A stretch of 62,471 nt of DNA, the filler included, from Choristocarpus tenellus KU-1152 (Eukaryota; Protista; Phaeophyceae): assembly GCA_964200185.2 (NCBI GenBank). It is 10 parts of 10 records of this genome, joined end to end, with 100 filler letters (N's around TTAATTAATTAA, not from the genome) between each part and the next. Parts side by side here need not be neighbours in the genome. Positions count along the whole stretch, not along the records: positions 50,624 to 58,406 come from CAXNAD020005582.1; positions 58,507 to 62,471 come from CAXNAD020016894.1; 8 more parts are not named here. One strand, 5' to 3'. Each line of letters opens with the position of its first letter. Positions within the stretch are counted from its first letter, which is position 1. The translations under genes were made by a program, and so were the position numbers. The notes under the pieces are model-generated. The model had not been told where the DNA came from, searched no databases, and worked only from the letters and a program-made list of their open reading frames with translations. This document shows positions 52,261 to 62,471 of the stretch, piece by piece.

Positions 52261-52943
52261 TCAACTTATAGTCTGTAGAAATAGGGTAAACGACGCTAAT
52301 ACGTAAGAGTGGCTTGAGAGCCACCCGACGTATCTCTCTCACTCTTTTTATCGAATGAAACATTTAAGTCAAGCATTAAGCTAAGCACTGAGTGAAACAT
52401 CGAGAGAAGAGTGGCGGACACCGGCATGAGGCTATCAACTGTGGAAATACCCCAGTAGCTTCGTGTAATGGTTTTTGGATTGGAGCTACGCATCCTGTGG
52501 AGGTAAGTTCTGGAGCGTGCCGTAACACATCGTGTGCCTGTGTGCAGCTGTGCCAGTTGAAGGTGTATCGATAAACCATTTAGATCTCAAGGTGTGCACA
52601 CCACATGCATTGGCACCAACGTGACACCCGCCTGCCCGTGCCCAAGCTACTGGAGATTGCCATTGTTATGAGAAGGGGCGGGGAGAGTGTGGCAAGGGCT
52701 CGTGGTATGCCACCAACTCAAACAAAAGTATCCCAGAGTATGACAGATATATAGTAATCGGTGTGGCATTGTCCTGCACTTGCAGCTGTCACCACATACT
52801 GCTGGTGCAGAACAGAGGATTTCAGATCATCCTACAAAAGCTTTACTTCATATCTGTTTTCTTCATGGTGACCATGTGGCTTGATACTATACAGCCTCAA
52901 GCATGGGAACCAACGTTGTCTTGTAGTCATGAGTTCAAACGTA

Positions 52944-53155
52944 CCCAGAGTTGCATTTCAAGTATGCTGGCAAACGTGTGCAAAATTCGACATTTTTAAC
53001 GAATGTGTTTAGGATATTTTCTGACTTGTGTGGAATTTTTTTTTCAAGCAACAGAGAAATCAACACCCTCAAGTCAAACTCAGCACTTCATCCATAGAAA
53101 TATTGGTGAATTTCAAAGAAAAAAAATTGCTAATGAAAAATGACCAAAAACTGGG
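52944..53155. mobile_element. Non-autonomous DNA element family E (CCCAG...CTGGG, TA flanks)
   Basis: TA-CCCAG...CTGGG-TA, with a colinear copy at 19443-19668. Confidence 0.7.
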
Positions 53156-54967
53156 TACCGACCGTGACCCGAATCATGGCCATCTCAGCTACCTAGCTAG
53201 ACTGGTGGAAACAACCATGTCAGGTGTCGACTTGGTGAGCAAGAACAAGCTTGGTTATCGGGCACAGACATGGGTACTGTTGAGTCCCTGTCATTTCAGA
53301 ACGCCTTCCAACACACACATATTTATATATACTCAAATATGCTAATAGTTACAGCACATAGTCCATACACACCAAGGCCAAGACCTAAGGCGGTCAGTAA
53401 ATCGGTTTCGTACATGTGATTGTATACGGTACGGGCATTGAATAATCCGGAACCCTATTTTTACTATCGCTGACTGGCACAAACAAGGCCCTATTGTCAC
53501 TGCTGTGTAGATGTCTCCATAAAAAAATAAAAAAATAAAAAATTGGTTTGACAGATTGACAAAACATCATACAATGTATTTGCCTAGCTAGCCAAGTAAT
53601 TGCACACATGTTCAGGTTGGAAAGAAAAAAACATGTATCTCATTAGTAGGAAAACACACAAATACACACACATACACGTACTGTACTCCTACGAATTTTC
53701 TGCTACCACTTGCAGTATAAAGTTCGTAAAGTATTGTGTACCCAGCTGATGGATTGAAAGTTTGATCACCATGAAAATTCTACACATGTATACCAATATC
53801 CCTATATGGTAAAGGCAAACATTCCAACACTGGAGTGTAATGTACTATGTCCACTACCATTGTTGTTGCCTCAGAATTAAAACGTAGTAGTGGGACGTCC
53901 TTCACCATGATTGAATCGTGGAGCACATTTGACATCAATGTGCGATAATGAATGTGTCAAAATAGTATATTTTCTTTGATAATATCTTCGATCAAAATTG
54001 TGCACATTAGCTTTGGAGTTTGGCCTGCTCTACACTAGACAAGTTAGTGGGTCCCATGCCCACACAGCTACATATTCCAGACTGGCTAGCAAAGCACAAG
54101 GGTGCGGCAACACTCACCACCCACTGTGCACATAGTATGTATCGACATAGTCTTATCGTATACACAGAGCATACCAACAATAAGTATTAATACTCAATAG
54201 GAATATGCTGATGGGACTGCAATATGACACCCTGATATACTCACACATCATCCAATGTCACTAGTGGACTGTTGTCACAAGAATAGTTAGCTACTCCAAA
54301 GAGCACCTGCAGCTCTACAGGTGGTGTCTATGTGTGACCCTTCACCATTTACCAACAGAGCATTGACCCCTTAATATTAATGTAATACTATGCTACTACT
54401 ACACCTCCTCACCAACAGGAGGATAATTACAATGAATTAGGCAACCGATATCATACTAGAACTACTGTAGAGGCTACTACAGAGTAGGAGTACCCTTGTA
54501 CATACTCTTAGTACAAATATATTTATATGTCTAATTTATCTGGGTATAACACGAGGTACTGGCTGCTACTGCTACTACTACGTGATTGTCCTCCCTTGAG
54601 GAGGTCTAACAGACGAAGTGGTGGTGGCGCAAGGTATTTCCACAATATTGGGAATATCTAGTACTGTTCCACCTCACTTGGGACCAGTGGGGGGGAGCTA
54701 ACACGCCACCAATACACTGATTGCGTTGCAATATCCTTGCTTAGATGAGACGATGGCAGGACCAGTTGCACATTCAACAACGGCCCTGACCCTAACCGAA
54801 CTGATCTCCATATTCTGTCCCTCTATGACCTTCACAAGTATCAGGGCGTGAAATCACCAAGAATTGGTAGTCATGGAGGTGAAAGAAGGGAACGTGCCAT
54901 GCTGAAGCACTCTGTGTGTGGCAAAAGGATCGTATTTTACTTCGCAAGTTACCCTGTTGTAAGTAAA

Positions 54968-55225
54968 GAGTCAAAGAACTTAGAGGGTAGAGCCGCGTCC
55001 GTTTGGGGGTCAAAACCCAATGTTGTGATTTTGATGTAATTTTGACTATCATGTTTGTTAGGAAGTGTCAATGTCCTTGTTCCGGACGCACCTCTTCATA
55101 ATGTATACATTTACCTACTCTAGAATGTTTTGGAGTAGGAAAAAATGTAATAAAAAACTCATGGGAAACCAAGCCCCAAACGGACAAACAGAGCAAAACT
55201 CGTACCGTCTAAGATACTTTCACTC
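54968..55225 (+). mobile_element. MITE family A copy
   Basis: Same TIRs and body as the other copies. Confidence 0.85.
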
Positions 55226-55393
55226 TAAAGATGCTGCGGTCTACTGATCAAACACAGTCCGTTATTGTCCTTGCCATGTGGTATATCGAAATACACTATT
55301 GATGAAAGAAATTCTGACTTTGACAGGTTTGAACTCGCGCATTCTTTGGACTGATCGTGATATTTTTATTATTATGCCCTCTGATGTTTTGTA

Positions 55394-55605
55394 GATGGCT
55401 GCATTCAATAAACTGAAACCAGTGCGGCTTCGACAAGTTAGTGGTGAATCATGATCACTTGCGAATCGCACGTCTCGGCGGCGACGATTCATTCAAGTTT
55501 CTGCCCTATCAGCTGTGGACTGTAGGGTATTGAACTACCGTGACCTTAACGGGTAACAGGGAATTGGGGTTTGACTCTGGAGAGTCTGAGAGAAGGCTAC
55601 CGCAT
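55394..55605 (+). pseudogene. Decayed 18S rRNA fragment (5' region), brown-algal-like
   Basis: GGTGAATCATGATCACTTGCG...TCATTCAAGTTTCTGCCCTATCAGCT...TTAACGGGTAAC.GGGAATTGGGGTT...GGAGAG...GGCTACC matches SSU rRNA, with many substitutions and a small deletion. No other rDNA flanks it. Confidence 0.85.
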
Positions 55606-56041
55606 GAAAAACCATTCAAATGTCAGAGCAAACACTGAAAAAGAAACAGTTGTCGTAAATGTGAAAGACATTTTCCTATCATGGATTTACTATTTTCTAC
55701 CAGCTATGCTTCACCACTGCCCTCCTATGCCTCCAACCTAGCTTAGTCCTGTACCGTAGGGTGAGGAGCTAGGGAAGCATCCGAAGAATCTAGCAAGCCC
55801 CTCCTTGCCCATCTCCCTATTGCCTCCACCTTACAACGCACGAGATGTCTAGATAGAGCCGCTTGTGTTGTAACAGACACTGTATGTATTACTGTTATTG
55901 TGACAGAAGTTCAATAGGGTCTAATGGTAGAAAGAAGTGTTCATAGTCTGAAACCTCGTCAACTCTTCAAATTGTAGAATTGATGGTCATTTTCACCAAA
56001 TGGGAATTTATTTAAACACCGAAATTGTTACTCGAAAAAAA

Positions 56042-56123
56042 TAACGACAGCGTGGTTTGAACTCGCGAACCCTGAGGGACCGGTGATTGAAACCCGCGCA
56101 TTTGACCACTCTGCAACGTCGTT
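56042..56123 (-). tRNA. tRNA-Leu(CAA)-like gene or pseudogene
   Basis: The reverse complement folds with a 7-bp acceptor stem (AACGACG/TGTCGTT), an A-box-like GAGTGGTCAAATGC, anticodon loop TTCAATC, a long variable arm and T-loop GTTCAAAC. An oligo-T run follows the 3' end. There is one mismatch each in the anticodon and T stems. Confidence 0.65.
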
Positions 56124-59100
56124 ATACATAGAAGACTCAGTCCAACGGATATTTGTATCTCTTAATAGATTTTAAAACAGGAAAACACTGGAATCCGTCC
56201 AAACTACATGTATCACATGTCACCTGTCTTACCTCCAGTATGTTTGCCTCAAAAGCCGCACGAAAAGGTTAGTCCATGCAGTGCCACGCAGTGAGTGTTG
56301 GAGAAAAGAGGATCACAAAGAGGTAGTATATTGATGGGAGTTGCTTTGTGTTATTATGCAGTATTCTGATGAGGTTGTGATTTGTCTTTAGATATTTCTC
56401 AAAATCTACTTATCATTTTATGGGGGAAAGAGCTTATTGCCCCAGAGGCAGGCAATGAAAGGGGGATAAGAAAGATCAGTTTTGATAAAGGCAAAAGGAG
56501 TGCCGTGTGTGCTGGTTTGTTGGCATTAAAGGAGGAGGGGGTTCATCAACCAAACTAAGAGGGAAAATATATGTTGACTATAGAGCACACAAGGTTCCTT
56601 TGGTGGCATATCTCGCGAAGTAAGTAACCTTACTATAAATATTATATCATTAGTGTCATACTGCCTGACTCATACAATTTTTTCATTCCTAGAGGTCAGG
56701 AACTTTCTGATAAAATTCTAGATTGGTGGGAGGCATGCGCAGAAAAAAATCTTGAATGTACCTTTTCCTTCATTTAAGAACCGATCCTATCCTTCTCTTC
56801 TATTTATATTACCAGTTTCTGAATTGAAGTTCAAGTCTTCAGCAGTTTTTTTTTTTTTGGGGGGGGGATGCTTTTCAGCATTATTTCTTGTAGTAGTTTC
56901 TTCTGACCAGGTCAACCTTCCTGCTGAGGTGAGGGTTCTTACTTCCTATAGACTCAAGCCGTGGTATAATTAGGGTTAGGGTTAATGGCATTGGGTCCTA
57001 CAGTAGTATTGCTTCAAAAGACTTCTGTTTGTAGAGGTTTTTATTTGCTGAAGGGAAAGAAAGAGAATGAAGAACTTCCCCACTTGGAGGACAGGTGCAT
57101 AAAGATGGAACCTCTATGGAAATCGACTGGTGCTGTAGTTCTGAAAGCATTCACTTTGAGTTGTACAGACTTTGCGTATGAAGCAAGAGCAGCCTGTGTT
57201 GCCAGGAGTGCAAGTAGGTATGTATACTGTGAACATAATTTGCGTTAGGGCTACACTACTGCTGTACCTTCTATGTCAAAGAGTGAAACTGTCTCAAAGC
57301 AGGACTAGGAGATGGGGAAGGCGATTTTGATCCTTTTATTAACCTTTTGTTGAAGTAATCCGTACCAGAGACGCTATAAATCTTTCCCAGGAGGGTGCGC
57401 AGAGGTAGAAAAGGATATTAGCGTGCATCTATGCACTACTTTTCGTCAAAAAGGACCCTCGGTACTATTGCTCAAAAAGGGTGTGCCACAAGTGATTCAC
57501 AGGGGACCCCTTCAAATCTCAACGATGACATCACCCCCCTCTTGAAGATGATTCCAATCAAACAACAGGGCTTGTTAGCCGATAACCACACAATGCGATG
57601 GGTGTCTAGTTGTTTATAACGCCACCAAGATTTGTTGTTTGAAAAAATATTCCGTGATTAACGATAAACTGTCCTCCGATCTTATTGGGAGGGTGGATGG
57701 ACGTGGATTGGCTGTAGGTTGGTGTGAAGCTCTATCTGTGCAAGAGGGGATTCAACACTCCAGAGGAAAGAGCCAAGGGAGAATCCAACCCACGCACTGA
57801 GCTTGTAGATGCCAACCGGCTCATTAAAATCCTCGCACCTGGTGGGGAGGGAAATTCACCACTGGTGGCAAGGGGGCAATAGTCAAGCCTTGACATTGAT
57901 TGAGCGGATTGATGGGTGTTTGGTGCTGGACCAGAGGGGATGGATTACGAGGACTACGAATCCCTTTATTTAACGCCACTCTGTTTATGTCTTTTCTCGT
58001 TGGGAGTTGGTGAGTTTGATGAGATCTATTGTATCAATCACCGATCCTCCTGGGTTGTTGGTTTTTTGTTTTAGAGTATGAAGTCTCTGCTGGAAGAAAT
58101 CTAATGTACTAATTTTGGTTGCTATGATTCTACTGTGCCACACAAGGGAAAAAGAGCAGAAAGTATTTGTGTGAAATCCAAGTGAGCAAGGATGGTGTGC
58201 AATATAGACTAGTAGTCTATATGGTTTATAGTGTAAAAGTGAATGAAGTAATGTAACTTGAACTTGTAAGTGACTGTCGTAGTGTAACTGTCACAAACAT
58301 GTTTAAACATATCTCTGACGTGTTTGATGACGAATGAATTAGATAACAAGGGAGAGCACCACCCCCCCACCTTGAGGATAGTACTCACTCCGCTAATAAA
58401 CATATCNNNNNNNNNNNNNNNNNNNNNNNNNNNNNNNNNNNNNNNNNNNNTTAATTAATTAANNNNNNNNNNNNNNNNNNNNNNNNNNNNNNNNNNNNNN
58501 NNNNNNCCTTGTTTATCCCCCCCCCCCCCCCCCCCACATACTTTGAGCCTAAACTTGCAACTATCTGTTCAACATTCCTCACCATTCATTATTTGCAAGA
58601 GTGAGATCATATCTTTGGTTGGAGGTGCTCGTGGCTTGGGTTGGTGCCATATCTAGTATGTAGTTTTCCTTTGCCCCTCACTGGAGGCAATCAAGTTTCT
58701 GTTCCATGGGGCTAATGCCCGATCTCGTGGAAGTTTGTAACTGCGCCTGATGTCAGGACATTTCTATCATGTCTGACAACCCTTTATACTATCATGGACG
58801 GGATATAGGTCACGGCAGTATCAAGTTCAAGGCTTGCATTGTAGCTCTCCCTCTGTCACTAAATCGTAACTTGATGAAAACTTGTCCACTATTAATTGTG
58901 CATAAACAAACATGCATGCACGCACATATGCGCTATTTCTCAAATACTGGTTGTGCCGGTATATGGTATGACTTCACCCAGGTAGTGGCACTCCGACGGC
59001 GCTTGGCCATGTATGAGCCAGACGAGGATGGAGAGGGCACCAAGCACGATGATGCATGATTTAGGATGACAGAAGGTTATTTTCTCCATTTTTGGACAAG

Positions 59101-59967
59101 GTTTGTCTCTCTGACAATCTGAATAATAGTGTCATTGTGTGTGTGTGCATGGCAAAGGGCAACAAAGATGTGAGATGTTGCCAGGTTTTCCATATGGTGT
59201 TACTCTGAGTAATATGGACTGGAAGGTAATCCAGATTATGTTGGAGGACGTGGTATTGGGTGCTTCAATGCACTGAGTGCAAAGATGAATAGTGCCATCT
59301 CCCCACAGTCCTGTAGGGTTGTGTCAAGTGTCAAGCATTTTCAAGGCCTTCGACTTGAAGCCTGTGAAAAAGGTGTGTTTGAGTTTGGATACTGTAGCCC
59401 TTGTCACTGATGCCCTCTTCTCAGCTTGGCACAGTTGCCATCTAATCAGCGCAGTTCCTTCAATGCTAGGAGGGGTGACCTGATCAAATCTCTTATGAGC
59501 TTTTGAGACAACTTACTTCTTTGTATTTACATAATCCGTTTAGCTAGGACAGGAGCAGCTTTGAATTTGGCTTGAGGAGGCTGGAAGGCAACTTAACTTC
59601 CGCCATAGGTGTGTAGAACGTTAGGGCAACATTTTCCTATGTATTGCCATACATACACTTGAGGTCCTCCTCTCTCTGATATATATGAAGCACCTCAGGA
59701 AGAGTGAAGAGCTCCTCATTATTCTTTACTTGAGTCAATTGTCTTTCATCTAGAATGCAATCTATTGACATAACCCCTGCAATGGCACAGATGCACTCCT
59801 CCTTAGACACTAACTGCCAAAAACACTTGCCACATTGAGCAAGAAAAGAAGTACATTGCCCATCATAGCACCTAATCCATATTTCCTTGCACTGTGGATG
59901 CCGTCAAGCATTTGATCTGCCCCCCACTCCCCTCTGCACCGTTCTGAACTCTTCCGAATCCCTATCC

Positions 59968-62149
59968 TTAAAATATGTCCTTGAAAAGTCGAACAAATTC
60001 ATCGAATTCTAGGGTACCGTTACTGTTAGCGTCCACTGTGGACACGAAGTTAGCCATTTCACCCAATGTGAAGGCATCTCCAGCACAGGCAGTCTTGGAA
60101 AATGTCATCATTATTGTTGCAGTCAGTGATGTATTCATTGAGTGGGGGGAGGGTAGGGGGATGAGAAATCTTAAATAAACTTATCAAACATGTATGCAGG
60201 CAGGTGCTTTCTATGGTCGCTTTGTACCATAGGGTTAGGGTCAGGTACAAGGTTCTCTGGATTGTTTTCCAGGTTGCATTGCAAGCATATCAGCAAAGGA
60301 ATTGTTGCAGAATGCTCTCTCTGGAGATTGAAACTATCGTGGAAGGTACAAGTTTTGCCCTGTTTGTCCGCTTGAGGCTTGACTTCCCACAGGTTCTCTA
60401 TGACATTTTCTACTCCGAAATGTTTTGGAGTAGGTACATCTGTAAGGTTTAAAGAGGTGTGTCCGGAACAAGGATATTGACACTTCTTTACAAACCAGAG
60501 AAACAAAGAATTTCCAGTTTTTATTAATTTCAAGATCAGGGCTGTCTATTTAAAAAATAAACTGCACGGTAGAACAGCATAGGTAGAGGTATAGAGCCAA
60601 GGTATCTTAGAGGGTAGAGCCGCGTCCATTTGGGGGCCAAAATCCAATGTTGCGATCTTGATGTAATTTTAACTATTGTGTTTGTTAGCAAGTGTCAATA
60701 TCCATGTTCCAGACACCTTTTCATAACATACGCACTTTACCTGGTCCTACACACATTTGAGTACGAAAAATGTCATAAAAGAAGCCATGGGAAGCCAAGC
60801 CCCAAATGGACAAACAGGGCAAAACTCGTACCCTCTAAGATACTTTCACTCATAGGTGCAACTAAGGACTAGCAAGAAGCAGTCAGAGGGGTTGAGTGTT
60901 GTGATGTTCGCAGAGCTTTCAAGTGCAAGAATGTGGTTGCAGTACTTGGCTATGTGAGCGGGAGTCAAAATCGAGGCTTTGAAACGAATTTTAATTTGAC
61001 AGTGAGACAGAAGAATTGTAACACAGAATCAAGATGCCTATCATACACGACACACTCTAGGGGACGTAGTCACACGGAAATATCTACACTCCAACATCTG
61101 CTGAATGGTTTGATTGGCACTCATTCCACAACTCGAAAGTTTTTGGGACTGAAACGGTTTCAATGATGTTGATATCTTGCCCACCAGGGACTACATCAAA
61201 GAGGAGTTTGAAGGGTGGCAGCATAAACACCTCATCGGCGAGGAGGCAGCGATGTCTACTTCTGCCAACTGACTAGGGCAGTCGTCTCCCTGGTACAATT
61301 AGCGACATGCTGGTCGAGAAATAGTAACTAGAAAATAGGAGGTGTTGGTGGCCAGCAAGTACTTTGCAGATGGTCACGCTTGTGCTTTCTCATGTTAATA
61401 ATAGCATTTCTACCTGCTTATCTGTGTAGGTTTGACGGAGAGAGTTCATCAACTCCGAGGCATTCACATTGCCAGAGCCGTCAATGTCGTAAAGGTCGAA
61501 AAGTTTCCTCAACTCCAGGAGCTTTTCAGACTGCACTAGACTGTCGTTTGAGTTCAGATCATCTGTGGGCACTGGAACTGTTACCTGTTGTTTCATACAT
61601 CAATGCCACATGGCATAATTCTCACTTTGTCAGTTATTTTTTTCAAGAAATTGTTTTCAGTTGCACAATATCTCCAGAAAAAAATGAATGTATTGTCATT
61701 AATTTATCTCTCTCACATACATGCACTGAAATATAACATATGAGATAAAGAACATGGCATGCCTTAAAAACGAAACCCCTACAATTGCTATATTGGTCTA
61801 TTGGCTATGACATAATGTACTATCATTATATTTTCGATTGATTGGATGGATGGATGGATGGATGGACATATTATGAAATGTGTTGGGTGGTTGGGTTGTA
61901 ATTTTTTTATACAACTGTAACAGGAAACCTGGAGAGGTTGGAGAGAAACTACCACATATCCTGTATCCTTATCACACTATGCTAATATGATTGTCTACTA
62001 TCCAGGGTGTTAATTTCGTGAGACTAACCCTTCTTATATAAGTGTATTTCCGGAGTATTAGGTTTGGTCCTGCTTTCGCGTAAATTGTTCCAGAATATGC
62101 GTGAGGAGTAGGCGTTTTCTTTCCACACGTTATTATCATTGGCACTTGA
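59968..62149 (-). CDS. 3' part of an EF-hand calcium-binding protein; exons about 62149-62029, 61577-61414 and 60093-59968
   Basis: It has two canonical EF loops, LFDLYDIDGSGNVNASEL and VSTVDANSNGTLEFDEFVRLF*. GT/AG boundaries have compatible phases (1 then 0), and the TAA stop is at 59968. The first listed exon is less certain. Confidence 0.75.
60594..60851 (+). mobile_element. MITE family A copy, TSD ATA, in an intron of the EF-hand gene
   Basis: TIRs present, with ATA on both flanks. An older partial inverted copy lies at about 60324-60495, and another partial copy at 50624-50675. Confidence 0.88.
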
Positions 62150-62471
62150 CTTCAGCAGACCGGAAAACAACCAAAATGGATTCAACAGGCCAAAAAAGAA
62201 GCAAGAAACAGGGGGGTTCCACACTTTGGGAGGCATTTAAACTATTTAGCACAATGCAAAGTAATATAATGCTCAACTCTTCCTGGTGGGGGTGCCAAGT
62301 GCCCAGACATTGTGCACAACCACACCATCCATGTTCAGTGCTCATGGACACACCATAACTACATGGTTTCAAATTCTCCTCCCCCCCATGCCCCTCACAC
62401 CCCAGATGCATAAGCAGCGCATTGGAGGACTAAGCTTAATGTGTATGATCCTTGTGGGTCAAAGTATCTGG

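Noticed and set aside
55394-55605. Functional rDNA locus
   Set aside because: It is only about 210 nt, is mutated, and lacks the rest of 18S, ITS and 28S.
8553-60851. Dispersed near-identical repeats and short tandem units as a possible CRISPR-like array
   Set aside because: The copies are scattered, have TIRs and TSDs, show no repeat-spacer periodicity, and no cas-like ORFs are present.

Overview
Eukaryotic nuclear DNA, most likely from a brown alga or close photosynthetic stramenopile. This rests on a Phaeophyceae-like 18S fragment, TTAGGG repeats, GT-AG introns and a brown-algal-type LRR exon. The window is about 10 contigs joined by artificial 100-bp spacers (N-run, TTAATTAATTAA, N-run), so adjacency across gaps is not guaranteed. 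Genes I can support are all on the minus strand: (1) a two-exon small heat-shock protein (HSP20) with a signal-peptide-like N-terminus; (2) the middle part of DNA polymerase zeta catalytic subunit REV3, with a >4.3-kb low-complexity exon and a REV7-binding-like motif; (3) the terminal exon of an LRR gene; (4) the 3' exons of an EF-hand protein; (5) a tRNA-Leu(CAA)-like gene. The rest is mostly transposon-derived. It includes three related MITE families with a shared TIR and 3-bp TSDs, a CCCAG/TA MITE, a decayed mariner, and Gypsy-chromovirus, LINE, hAT-like and piggyBac-like relics. I could not support a novel multi-gene system. The best leads are an AT-rich bacterial-looking trypsin-like protease fragment (possible endosymbiont HGT), an 18S rRNA piece at the PPT/LTR junction of a Gypsy element, a foldback element carrying (TTAGGG)n, and the MITE clan. 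All homology calls come from motif recognition by eye, with no database search.
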